A DNA stretch of 64,000 nt, taken from contig OZ241855.1 of the NCBI GenBank assembly GCA_965202785.1, positions 1-64,000 of the forward strand. The letters run 5' to 3'. Below, one piece after another: positions 10,301 to 19,789 of the stretch. The notes beneath the pieces were generated by a model that was given only the letters and a program-made list of their open reading frames with translations, ran no database searches and had not been told where the DNA came from. Position 1 is the first letter of the stretch, and each line of letters opens with the position of its first letter. The position numbers were made by a program, and so were the translations under genes. The stretch is from Thermodesulfobacteriota bacterium (GTDB lineage Bacteria > Desulfobacterota_D > UBA1144 > Nemesobacterales > Nemesobacteraceae).

Positions 10301-10544
10301 TATTTCTATAGAGATGAATGCAAAGACGAAGGAAGTTTCAATCAGTCCAGATATTACTCCGTCACTTCCGTGAAGCTTTGCCCGGACGTCTTTTCATAAT
10401 GTGGGTGCTTGCTCCGTATATGCCTTCGGCGGTTTCCATAATGGTCTCGGTCAGAGTCGGGTGCGGATGTATTGAGAAAGATATGTCCCCGGTCGTCGCA
10501 CCCATTTCAATTGTCAAGACGGCCTCCGATATGAGTTCCCCCGC
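10301..10544 (-). pseudogene. Diverged copy of lpdA 3' end plus downstream ~60 bp (direct repeat of 13741-13984)
   Basis: Ungapped alignment, 38 mismatches in 244 nt by manual count (~84%); encodes AGELISEAVLTIEMGA...HPHPTLTE...KRRPGKASRK*. Confidence 0.93.
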
Positions 10545-10595
10545 ACAGCGCGAACGCCTCAAGGGGTCGCCGGGCCCTATGGAAAACCTGATTTT

Positions 10596-13451
10596 TCAGA
10601 GTGCCGGTTTCTCCGAAGAGCGTCTTTTAATCAAGACGGCCGCAAGAAGCGCGAACACAGCGAGAAACAGGCCGAACGCACTGCCGCCCGCATTTCCTCC
10701 GACGGCGCAGCCTCCGCCGCCGCTTCCACCCGGGTCCACCTGGTAGCCGGAACCCACTATGTATACGCGGTCTCCATCATCCGAAGCAATCTCCACCCTC
10801 ACGGAGTAACCCCTTATGAGAGAACCGTCCTCTGTATACTGGACGACCTCTTCTCCGGCCTTCCCTATAATAAGATTCCTTACGTGCGACTTTCCGTATT
10901 CGCTTGCCTGCTCCCTGCTCCTGTCCCCTCCGTGGAATATCACTCTTCCCGTCTCATCCATGATGTAGATGTAGACGTCCCCATCTCTCCACGGCTCCAT
11001 CCTCAGTATCCCGCGAAGCTGCGCGGGATCCGTATCATCCTCGATGGCCTGCCCGATGGATGTTTCCGCGTCCCCGACAAAGTCAATTAATTCACTGTCG
11101 GTGTCTACATCCCCGGCTTCGGGAGTGGGATCTCCGATATCCGGGTTCCCGGGGAAATCACTGCTCTCGGGAGACCCGTCGTAACCTCCTAGCAGTATGA
11201 ACTCTTCCTCTCCGTTTGTAAGGGGAACTTGGGAGGCGGTAAACCGGTGAGCGTAACCTCCTCCATCTATCACGCATCCCCGATCACTGCCGAGATCAAT
11301 AACGGGTTCTTCATCGTCGCAGAGAATCCCAGACCAGTTTAGATCTTCAGCTTCCCTGTCTTCCGCGTGGAAGTACACCCCTCCTTGTCCGGTGAGAAGA
11401 ACGAGGTACGTTCTGCCGTCCCTCCAGCTTCCATCTTCGTCCCTGAAATCCTCAAGGAGCGCCAGGGTATCGCCGAAGCTCTCCTTGCCGGCGATTTCCT
11501 CCGCGGCGCACTCAACGAAATTACCGATGGGGCCGGAAACCGAGCACATTTCTTCTTCCGTTTCCTGCTGCGCCGGAGGCGAACCACCACCGCCTCCGCC
11601 TCCACCGCCACCGCCGCCTCCGCCGCCTCCGGGTCCCGGCCCGATCGGTCCCGTCGGCGCGTCGTTACGTGGTGCGTCGTTACGTGGCGCGTCATCGTCG
11701 GTCACGTTCACCGTCACCCGGGCCTGTAACGTGGAGTAGTAGGAATCCTGCGAGCTGGAGGACGTCATCCGGATGGTCGTCACGCGTTGGCCTTCTGGGG
11801 AATTGTCGAACCTGTCCTTCACCCCTCTCACCGTCACCGTCTGCGGCATGTTCCAGTTGCCGGTCGTGAACGTAAGCGAGGTCGGGTCGATCGTCGCGAC
11901 CGACTGGTCGGAGGATGCGAGCGTAACCGTTACGTCGGCGGTCGGCTCCCTGTTAAGCTTCACGCTGAAGTTCTTAGTGCCTCCGGCCTCCGCCACCGTC
12001 AGGGCAGAGGGCGTAACCGTGATCCCCGGAGTATCCCCCTCAGTCCGGAACGTCCGGCTCGTGAGCTCCACCGAGCAGCTGCTGTCCGCGTACGCCCTCA
12101 AGGAGTAATTCGTCCCGGGGGTCAGGCCGGTGAAACTGACGGCGCTGTCATTATCCTCCTCGCAGGAACCCGACAACGGCCCCGTGTAGTACCAGGGCTT
12201 GTGGAAGAAATTGCTGAGCTGCACTGTAGCCCCGTTTTCAGAGATACTCATGACAGTCAGGGCGGGCGGGTTGGCATCCTCCGTGGTGAACGTCACGCTG
12301 GCAATCGCATTATCCGTGCACGTACCACTATAGGCCTCCCAGGTATAGCTCGTGTCGCGTTCCAGTCCCGTTAGGGGTATGGGCTCCGAAACGGGGCCGC
12401 CCGAGGTGCAGGGGCCCGGGGCCGGCGAGGTCTGCCGGTACCTCCAGTAATAGGTGCCGACGTATGGTAACGTCATAAACGCCCCTGACGACCATTTCCG
12501 GTCCACCGTCAGGGCGGGTCCGATCAGACTGGTATCTTCGGCCGAAGAATCCGGAACTTCGTCGCCGTCTGAGTCAATCGCCTTCACACGCACCGTGTAA
12601 TGGGTGAGCCACAACATCGGGTTTCCACTAGCGTCCTCCTGGGTGATGGTGTAGGAATTGCCCGTGATCCCTAAAACAAACCAATATCCGGGATCAGGCT
12701 GCCCAGGCCGCTCCCAACGCACGTTGTAACTGGCGGCGCCCGGAACCGTGCTCCAGTCGGCCCGAAGGCCGCCGCTTACAGGCGTCAAGGCCATACCCTG
12801 GGCACTACTGCCGTTTACGCGGATCGTCCGCTGTATTGGCTGGGTCCCGATGCTCCATCCCGATGCCGCGCCCGCGTCTTGACCGGAATGGGCCCTAGTC
12901 CATCTGACACAGCTTAGGGTGGAGCACGTAAACCTCAGATTATAGGTCGTGTTGGCGGCAAGTATCGTTCCCCCGGGCGCCGTGAAGGTGAGCGTATGGG
13001 TAACAATGTGCGTCCCACCTGGAGGGGCCGGATTGGTCAGGGTGGCAACCACGGTTGACCCCTCGCGAATCTGTGCCGTCATTCTGACGACACTGTCGGC
13101 AGTGGAAGCGCGGATACTAACGCTTTCGAGGACATAACCCAGCGGCCAGCCTCCGGTCGTGAAGACCTGATGCAGGCCGGAACCAGGCACGGGACTAGAC
13201 TGAGCTACCGCCCGGCCGAAATTGCTGACCAGCACGTCGGCGCTGGCGGCGCCCGGAGCGGCGCCGAGAGCGGCCGTCGCGAGAATGAGAACGGCCAGGG
13301 CGCAGACATGCCGCCTGGCGGAATTATGGAAGCGGGACGGCCGAGACGGAGGGTTCAGGCAGTCATTCGATTCCGCAGGTGCCGACCCTTGTCGGGGAAG
13401 GAATTTCCTTAACCCGGCCGCGAGAAAGGAGAACAGCCCGCAAACCCTCAT
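10596..13451 (-). CDS. Large surface protein: signal peptide, FN3-like and Ig/Calx-beta-like repeats, Gly linker, two Cache-like repeats, Gly-Cys-TM tail
   Basis: ALAVLILATAALGAAPGAASA signal; W...Y.V FN3 patterns (LTGLERDTSYT, FTGLTPGTNYSLRAY); duplicated WRDGxxYxxxxxxxGxVxFH; tail GGSGGGGCAV...FLAVFALLAAVLIKRR. Confidence 0.8.
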   Translation of the reverse strand: MRVCGLFSFLAAGLRKFLPRQGSAPAESNDCLNPPSRPSRFHNSARRHVCALAVLILATAALGAAPGAASADVLVSNFGRAVAQSSPVPGSGLHQVFTTGGWPLGYVLESVSIRASTADSVVRMTAQIREGSTVVATLTNPAPPGGTHIVTHTLTFTAPGGTILAANTTYNLRFTCSTLSCVRWTRAHSGQDAGAASGWSIGTQPIQRTIRVNGSSAQGMALTPVSGGLRADWSTVPGAASYNVRWERPGQPDPGYWFVLGITGNSYTITQEDASGNPMLWLTHYTVRVKAIDSDGDEVPDSSAEDTSLIGPALTVDRKWSSGAFMTLPYVGTYYWRYRQTSPAPGPCTSGGPVSEPIPLTGLERDTSYTWEAYSGTCTDNAIASVTFTTEDANPPALTVMSISENGATVQLSNFFHKPWYYTGPLSGSCEEDNDSAVSFTGLTPGTNYSLRAYADSSCSVELTSRTFRTEGDTPGITVTPSALTVAEAGGTKNFSVKLNREPTADVTVTLASSDQSVATIDPTSLTFTTGNWNMPQTVTVRGVKDRFDNSPEGQRVTTIRMTSSSSQDSYYSTLQARVTVNVTDDDAPRNDAPRNDAPTGPIGPGPGGGGGGGGGGGGGGGGSPPAQQETEEEMCSVSGPIGNFVECAAEEIAGKESFGDTLALLEDFRDEDGSWRDGRTYLVLLTGQGGVYFHAEDREAEDLNWSGILCDDEEPVIDLGSDRGCVIDGGGYAHRFTASQVPLTNGEEEFILLGGYDGSPESSDFPGNPDIGDPTPEAGDVDTDSELIDFVGDAETSIGQAIEDDTDPAQLRGILRMEPWRDGDVYIYIMDETGRVIFHGGDRSREQASEYGKSHVRNLIIGKAGEEVVQYTEDGSLIRGYSVRVEIASDDGDRVYIVGSGYQVDPGGSGGGGCAVGGNAGGSAFGLFLAVFALLAAVLIKRRSSEKPAL
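11656..11693. repeat. 15-bp tandem repeat (2.5 copies) encoding DAPRN-DAPRN-DAP, next to a poly-Gly tract
   Basis: ggcgcgtcgttacgt ggtgcgtcgttacgt ggcgcgtc. Confidence 0.85.
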
Positions 13452-13452
13452 A

Positions 13453-13463
13453 CCCCCCCCCCC
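13453..13463 (-). repeat. Poly-G11 homopolymer, candidate slipped-strand phase-variation tract
   Basis: C11 on + strand between SD-backed ATG 13497 and ATG 13451 (46 nt apart, i.e. 3n+1). Confidence 0.8.
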
Positions 13464-13554
13464 ATTTTTTACTCATGAAGGGAATTGTACGTTTCATGAT
13501 TTCGGGCCTCCGTTTTTCAGATGATTAAGTATAGCACCAGATAGTTAGTACTAT

Positions 13555-13584
13555 ATTATCATAAATCGGACCGGTCGTTGTCAA
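13555..13584 (-). promoter_or_regulatory. Putative sigma70 promoter of the surface-protein gene
   Basis: Minus strand TTGACA-N18-GATAAT. Confidence 0.45.
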
Positions 13585-13801
13585 TAAGATTTTGGGGCTC
13601 AGGTTTTCGTAAGGATGGCGGACGCGGTGCGGCATCAGCCCGTATCCTGGCAAATCGACGGGAATTCGGCTCGATTCAGACAGAATGCGTCACCGATTTC
13701 CCGCGATACAGGTTCGGGATGAAATTCCTGCTTTCCAAGGTATTGTTATAGAGATGAATCCAGAAGCAAAAGGAGCTTTAAGCAGTGCGGATATTGCTCC
13801 G

Positions 13802-15235
13802 TCACTTCTGTGAAGGTTTGCCCGGACGTCTTTTCATAATGTGCGTGCTTGCTCCGTATATGCCTTCCGCCGCTTCCATAAGGGTCTCGGTCAGAGTCGG
13901 ATGAGGATGTATGGAAAAGGCTATATCCTCAGCAGTCGCACCCATTTCAATTGCCAGTACGGATTCCGATATGAGTTCCCCCGCCTGCGGTCCGACAATT
14001 CCGACACCGATCACTCTCCCGGTTCCCTTATGGGTTATCAGCTTCGTTAGACCGTCGGTCCTGTTAAGCGTAAGCGCCCTGCCCGAGGCCGCCCATGGAA
14101 ACTTAGACACGTCCACTTCCATCCCCGCCTCCCTGGCCTCGCTTTCGGTAACCCCGCACCAGGCGATTTCGGGGTCGGTAAAAATGACCGCCGGAACGGC
14201 TCTTGGGTCATACTGGGTTTTGGATCCGGTTATGACCTCTGCCACGATCTTGGCTTCATACGTAGCCTTGTGGGCAAGCATGGGTTCCCCTGCAACGTCT
14301 CCGATCGCGAAAATCGCCGGATCGGCCGTCCTTCTCTGGGAATCGGTCTCTATAAAGCCCTTTTCGTCCACCGCCACCCGGGTGTTCTCAAGACCGAGAC
14401 CTTCTGTGTAAGGCACCCTTCCGACCGAGATCAGAACCTTTTCGTATTTCTCCTGAAAGTTTTTCCCATCGGCTTCAAATGAAACTTGAACTTCGTTGTC
14501 TAACTCACTTATAGAAATCAATTTTGTTTCAAGCATTATGGAGCGGAATTTCTGGTCGAGCCTCTTTTTAAGGACTTTCGCAAGGTCCCTGTCAACCCCC
14601 TGGACGAGCCCGGGGAGCATCTCAACAACCGTCACCTCGGTGCCCAGGGAAGAGAAAAACGTTCCAAGCTCAAGGCCTATGTAGCCCCCGCCCACCACAA
14701 GCAGGCTCTTGGGAATCTCTCCCATGGAGAGAGCGCCGTCGGAATCGACCACGTTCGGGGAACCGAAATCCACTCCCGGGATCCTCCTCGAAACAGAACC
14801 CGTTGAGATAATAGCATTCTCAAACAGGACTTCCCGCTCCTCGCCGGAGGCCGTTACGACGCGAAGGGTGCTTGAAGATGTAAAAGACGCCCTTCCCCGC
14901 ACGTAATCTACCTTCCTTGCCTTAACAAGCGTGCGAAGCCCGCCCGTGAGCTTGGAGACCACCTCGTCTTTCCATGAAAAAAGCTTCCCGGGGTCTATCT
15001 CCGGTTCCCCGTAGCTAAGACCGAAATCCGCCGCGTCCCTTGCCTCCTCGGCCACCTTCGCCGCGTGAAGAAGGGCCTTTGAAGGTATGCATCCCCTGTA
15101 GAGACAGACCCCTCCGGGGTTAAGCTCGGGATCTATAAGCGTTACTTTCTTTCCCTTGTCTGCAAGGGCAAACGCTGCGGGATATCCCCCGGGGCCAGCC
15201 CCTATTACCGCCACTTCAGTCGTTATTCTCTCCAT
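13802..15235 (-). CDS. lpdA: Dihydrolipoamide dehydrogenase (PDH E3)
   Basis: GAGPGGY, GGVCLYRGCIPSK, GGGYIGLE, HPHPTLTE. Confidence 0.98.
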   Translation of the reverse strand: MERITTEVAVIGAGPGGYPAAFALADKGKKVTLIDPELNPGGVCLYRGCIPSKALLHAAKVAEEARDAADFGLSYGEPEIDPGKLFSWKDEVVSKLTGGLRTLVKARKVDYVRGRASFTSSSTLRVVTASGEEREVLFENAIISTGSVSRRIPGVDFGSPNVVDSDGALSMGEIPKSLLVVGGGYIGLELGTFFSSLGTEVTVVEMLPGLVQGVDRDLAKVLKKRLDQKFRSIMLETKLISISELDNEVQVSFEADGKNFQEKYEKVLISVGRVPYTEGLGLENTRVAVDEKGFIETDSQRRTADPAIFAIGDVAGEPMLAHKATYEAKIVAEVITGSKTQYDPRAVPAVIFTDPEIAWCGVTESEAREAGMEVDVSKFPWAASGRALTLNRTDGLTKLITHKGTGRVIGVGIVGPQAGELISESVLAIEMGATAEDIAFSIHPHPTLTETLMEAAEGIYGASTHIMKRRPGKPSQK

Positions 15236-15241
15236 CGTCTG

Positions 15242-16558
15242 CTACACCGCCTGCTCAAATATGCTCTCGGGAGAGCGCTCAAGCATTTCGCAGAGCCACC
15301 GGAGGAACCTGGCCGCTTCCGCCCCGTCTATAATCCTGTGATCGTAGGAAAGCGAAAGCGGAAGCATGAATCTCGGCACGAATTCCCCGTCTGCGTACGC
15401 GGGCTCAAAGGAGGATCTCGATACTCCCAGTATGGCCACCTCGGGTGGATTGAGAATCGGAGTGAAGAATGTTCCCCCTATTCCCCCCAGGTTGGTTATG
15501 GTGAAGGAGCCCCCCTGGAGCCTGTCGGCTGAAAGCCTCTTCTCCCTAGCCCGGGAAGAGATATCGGTTAACTCAACAGATATCTGCGTTATGTCCTTTT
15601 TGTCGACATCCCTTATCACCGGGACAAGAAGCCCCCTTTCTGTATCCACCGCGACCCCTATGTTTATGTATTTTTTGTAAACGATCGTGCGGCTGCCCAT
15701 ATGTATGCTTGAATTGAATTTCGGAAACTCGGAGAGCGCCCGGGAAAGGGCCTTTACCAGGATCGCGGTTACTGTAAGGTTCCCCCCTGCTTCGGCCACC
15801 CTCTCCCTGTTGAGTCCTCTAAGCTCCTCAAGCCGGGTGGCGTCCGCCTTGTCAAACTGCGTTACGTGCGGGGCCGCCCACGCCCGGGTGAGGCGCTCGG
15901 CTGTAAGCTTCCTCACGGTCGAGAAACTCTCGGTAACCGTCTCCCCCCATCTTGAAAAATCGGGAAGATCGGGTTCCGCAGGCGCAGCCGCCTGGGCCGA
16001 GGCAGCGGATCTTATTATGGCCTTTGCGTGGGCCTTCACGTCTTTTTCAAGGATTCTCCCGCGTGGGCCTGTTCCCGAAACGGAGCCGAGCGAAACGCCA
16101 AGCTCCCTCGCAAGACGCCTCACGGAAGGCGCCGCGGCCACCTTGAGGGGTCCAGACGGTGCCATGTCGTCTGTACGCGGGGTTCTCTCCGGAGAATGTT
16201 TTTCTTCCTCCGCGAGTTTTATCTCTGGAGCGGGTTTTTCAGCTGCGGCAGGAGTTTTCTTTTCTGTCTCATCCACCGCGGCCGAAGCGTCGGGTTCCGC
16301 TGATGCGGGCTCTTTGCCCTCCGAGTCGCCGTCTATCCTTACAAGGACCTCGTTTATCGCCACGGTGTCCCCGGCGCTTACCAGGACGTCCGTAACCGTT
16401 CCGTCTGCGGGGGAAGGGATCTCAACCGCGGCCTTGTCCGTTTCCACTTCAAGCAGGGGCTGCTCAAACAAGACCCTGTCTCCGGGCGCGACGAGAACCT
16501 CTATCACCTGCCCGGATTCAATTCCTTCTCCAAGTTCGGGAAGCCTGAACTCTATCAA
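15242..16558 (-). CDS. aceF: Dihydrolipoamide acetyltransferase (PDH E2), single lipoyl domain
   Basis: Lipoyl ETDKA, E3-binding APSVRRLARELGV, catalytic DHRIIDG; TTG start 16558 with SD GAGGA. Confidence 0.95.
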   Translation of the reverse strand: MIEFRLPELGEGIESGQVIEVLVAPGDRVLFEQPLLEVETDKAAVEIPSPADGTVTDVLVSAGDTVAINEVLVRIDGDSEGKEPASAEPDASAAVDETEKKTPAAAEKPAPEIKLAEEEKHSPERTPRTDDMAPSGPLKVAAAPSVRRLARELGVSLGSVSGTGPRGRILEKDVKAHAKAIIRSAASAQAAAPAEPDLPDFSRWGETVTESFSTVRKLTAERLTRAWAAPHVTQFDKADATRLEELRGLNRERVAEAGGNLTVTAILVKALSRALSEFPKFNSSIHMGSRTIVYKKYINIGVAVDTERGLLVPVIRDVDKKDITQISVELTDISSRAREKRLSADRLQGGSFTITNLGGIGGTFFTPILNPPEVAILGVSRSSFEPAYADGEFVPRFMLPLSLSYDHRIIDGAEAARFLRWLCEMLERSPESIFEQAV

Positions 16559-16571
16559 TTCACGTTCCTCG

Positions 16572-19241
16572 TCATGTGACCGAAGGGCTTGGCTTTCCCC
16601 GGTCAATTCCAAATTCGCTTATCGCCTCGTTTAGGATTTTCTCATCAATCCTGCCTTCCCTCGTAAGCTCGTAAAGCGCCGCGATCGCGATGTGGCGGTA
16701 GTCGACCTCGAAAAAGTCGCGAAGCGCCTCGCGGGTGTCGCTTCTTCCGAACCCGTCAGTTCCAAGGGAAACAAGGGGCCTTGGGAAGTGGGCGGAGACA
16801 GACTCCGGAAGGCTTTTTAGGTAGTCGGTCGCCGCGATAAATACCCCGTCTTCTCCTTCCATGCACTCTGAAATGTAGTTCTTTTTTCTCTTCTCCCCGG
16901 GATTGAGACGGTTCCACCTCTCCGTCTCCTTCGCGTCATCGTAAAGCGCCTTGTAGCTCGTTACGCTCCAGACGTCGGTCGGGACGCCGTAGCCGCTCTC
17001 AAGGACCTCCTTTGCCCAGAGAACCTCGTTCATGATCGCCCCGCTTCCGAGGAGATGGACCTTTTTCCCCGAGTCCTCTATCTGCGAAGGGGCGAACTTG
17101 TACATCCCTTTTATTATACCTTCCTCGACCCCCTCGGGCATGGCGGGCTGCGTGTAGCGCTCGTTCATCACCGTTATGTAGTAGAATATCTCCTCTCCGT
17201 CCTGGTACATCCTCTTTATCCCGTCCCTGACTATCACCGCTATCTCGTAGGAAAAGGCCGGGTCGTAGGCCCGCAGGTTGGGATAGGCGTAGGCGAAATG
17301 ATGGCTGTTTCCGTCCTGGTGCTGAAGGCCCTCGCCCGCAAGGGTGGTGCGCCCGGCGGTGCCCCCCACCATGAAGCCCCTGCATTTCATGTCGGCTGCG
17401 GCCCAGATAAGGTCTCCTATCCTCTGAAAGCCGAACATGGAGTAGTAGATGAAAAACGGGATGGTGTTTATGCCGTGGGTCGAGTAGGCCGTGCCGGCCG
17501 CGATGAAGGAGGACATGCTGCCAGCCTCGGTTATGCCTTCTTCAAGGATCTGGCCGTCCTTTTCCTCCTTGTAGTAAAGGAGGGTGTCCGCGTCGACAGG
17601 TTCGTAGAGCTGTCCCACGCTTGAGTAGATGCCCACCTGGCGGAAAAGCGCCTCCATACCGAAAGTTCTCGCCTCATCGGGGACTATGGGGACTATAAGG
17701 TCTCCTATGTTCCTGTCCCGCATGAGCCTTGAGAGCATGTGGACGATCACCATGGTAGTAGCCACCTTTCTCTTGGAGCCCGAGGCCTTTTTGAACTCCT
17801 CGAATACTTTCTCGGGGATCTTTTCAAGGGGCTTTGCGCGTACGACCCGCTTCGGGACGGGTCCGCCGAGGGCCTCCCTTCTCTCGCGCAGATACCTCAT
17901 CTCGGGGCTCTCGGGAGCGGGCCTGTAGAAGGGAGCTCTTCTCACCTCTTGGTCCGTTAGCGGTATGTAGAATCGGGAGCGGAAGCGTTTCAGTTCCTCC
18001 TCGTTAAGCTTTTTCTGCTGGTGGGTAATGTTCTTGCCCTCCCCCGCTTCCCCGAGGCCGTAGCCCTTTATGGTCTTTGCGAGAATCACGGTGGGGGAGC
18101 CGGTGTTCTCGACCGCGGCTTTGTAGGCGGCGTAGACCTTCTCTGAGTCATGGCCTCCCCTCGCGAGTTTCTCAAGCTGCTCGTCTGAGTGCTTCTCGAC
18201 CATCTTTCGGATTTCAGGGCGGGTGCCGAAGAAATGCTCCCTTATGTACTTTCCGGGAGAGATGGTGTACCTCTGGTAATCGCCGTCAAGGGCCGCCTCC
18301 ATCCTCTCGACAAGAAAACCGTCTTTATCCTGGGCCAAAAGCGGGTCCCATGTCGCCCCCCAGATGACCTTTATCACGTTCCAGCCGGCCCCCCTGAAGA
18401 TTCTTTCTAGCTCCTGTATTATCTTGCCGTTTCCCCTCACGGGACCGTCAAGGCGCTGGAGGTTGCAGTTGACCACGAATATCAGGTTGTCGAGTTTCTC
18501 TCTTGACGCAAGCGTGATGGCTCCCAGGGTTTCGGGCTCGTCCGTTTCCCCGTCCCCGATAAAGGCCCACACCTTGGCGTCGGTGCGGGGCTTAAGACCC
18601 CTGTCCTCGAGGTACCTGTTGAAGCGGGCCTGGTAAATCGCCATTATGGGAGAAAGGCCCATCGAGACCGTAGGGAACTCCCAGAAGCCCGGCATGAGCC
18701 AGGGATGCGGATAGGAGGTGAGGCCGTCTCCGCTGAGTTCCCTCCTGAAGTTGCGCATCTGCTCGATCGAGACCGTGCCTTCGAGAAACGCCCTTGCGTA
18801 TATGCCCGGCGAGGCGTGTCCCTGGAAGTAGATCATGTCCCCTTCCCTGTTCTCGTCGCCCGCCCTGAAGAAATGGTGAAAGCCTATTTCGTAGAGCGTG
18901 GCGGCCGAGGCGTAGGTGGAGATGTGTCCGCCGATGCCGTCGCTTATCCTGTTTGCGCGCACGACCATGGCCATGGCGTTCCACCTTATTATGCTTCTTA
19001 TGTTGCGCTCTATTTCGTAGTTGCCGGGGTACGGAGGCTGGTCCTCCACGGATATAGTGTTCACGTAAGGAGTGTTCGACGTGTAGGGGATCTGCACGCC
19101 TTTTTTCTGGGAGTAAATTCTGAGCTTTCGGAGCAGTTCGGCTGCCCTCTCCCGCCCGGAGTTCTCGATCACGTATTCAAGCGATTCGATCCATTCCCGG
19201 TCTTCTGCTTCTTCTTCCGATATTCGAGGATCTTCTTCCAT
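16572..19241 (-). CDS. aceE: Pyruvate dehydrogenase E1, homodimeric type
   Basis: QGHASPGIY, TPP motif GDGETDE...NCNLQRLDGP, GEGLQHQDG; probable ATG at 19241 (MEEDPR). Confidence 0.97.
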   Translation of the reverse strand: MEEDPRISEEEAEDREWIESLEYVIENSGRERAAELLRKLRIYSQKKGVQIPYTSNTPYVNTISVEDQPPYPGNYEIERNIRSIIRWNAMAMVVRANRISDGIGGHISTYASAATLYEIGFHHFFRAGDENREGDMIYFQGHASPGIYARAFLEGTVSIEQMRNFRRELSGDGLTSYPHPWLMPGFWEFPTVSMGLSPIMAIYQARFNRYLEDRGLKPRTDAKVWAFIGDGETDEPETLGAITLASREKLDNLIFVVNCNLQRLDGPVRGNGKIIQELERIFRGAGWNVIKVIWGATWDPLLAQDKDGFLVERMEAALDGDYQRYTISPGKYIREHFFGTRPEIRKMVEKHSDEQLEKLARGGHDSEKVYAAYKAAVENTGSPTVILAKTIKGYGLGEAGEGKNITHQQKKLNEEELKRFRSRFYIPLTDQEVRRAPFYRPAPESPEMRYLRERREALGGPVPKRVVRAKPLEKIPEKVFEEFKKASGSKRKVATTMVIVHMLSRLMRDRNIGDLIVPIVPDEARTFGMEALFRQVGIYSSVGQLYEPVDADTLLYYKEEKDGQILEEGITEAGSMSSFIAAGTAYSTHGINTIPFFIYYSMFGFQRIGDLIWAAADMKCRGFMVGGTAGRTTLAGEGLQHQDGNSHHFAYAYPNLRAYDPAFSYEIAVIVRDGIKRMYQDGEEIFYYITVMNERYTQPAMPEGVEEGIIKGMYKFAPSQIEDSGKKVHLLGSGAIMNEVLWAKEVLESGYGVPTDVWSVTSYKALYDDAKETERWNRLNPGEKRKKNYISECMEGEDGVFIAATDYLKSLPESVSAHFPRPLVSLGTDGFGRSDTREALRDFFEVDYRHIAIAALYELTREGRIDEKILNEAISEFGIDRGKPSPSVT

Positions 19242-19789
19242 TGTCCGTACAAAACGCGGCGAAGCGGGGCCGCGAGGGAATTTGCAACGTGGAAAAACCA
19301 TGTTGTCCTTGTAATCTGGAACCCGGACTCAAACGCTCAAAACGGTGGTTTGTGCCTGAAGCGGAAACCCGGATTCGGAAAATCATTTTAACCGCAGAGG
19401 GAAAAATATCACTACTGGAGCGAAACTATCTCGGCACTTCTTTTATGGTCATTAACAATATAAACGCAAGAAGAAATGATATTCGTTGCGACCCGCTGAA
19501 GAGCAACTTAATTCGGAAGCAATAATTGAGTTGCGAACTTTTAGATAGAGAACTATTGTTATTTAACTAGATGGAGCAATATCTGCAGTAATAGTTTGGA
19601 AAAGGAAAAACTCCCCTTGTTTCTCATTTGTTTTTTTGTCTTGTCCCAATATTATTGCAGCTTGGCCCTTCTCTCTATTGTGTTTCGGGGCTAAATTCAC
19701 GTAGAATGTCAAGATAACTAAAGCATTCATAAGCCCATTCTACAATTTGCAACTCTAAATAGGCTTTGATCAGATGCGCAAAGGATTTC

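Noticed and set aside
10362-10562. 66-aa ORF as an independent gene
   Set aside because: It is the duplicated lpdA C-terminus; treated as a remnant
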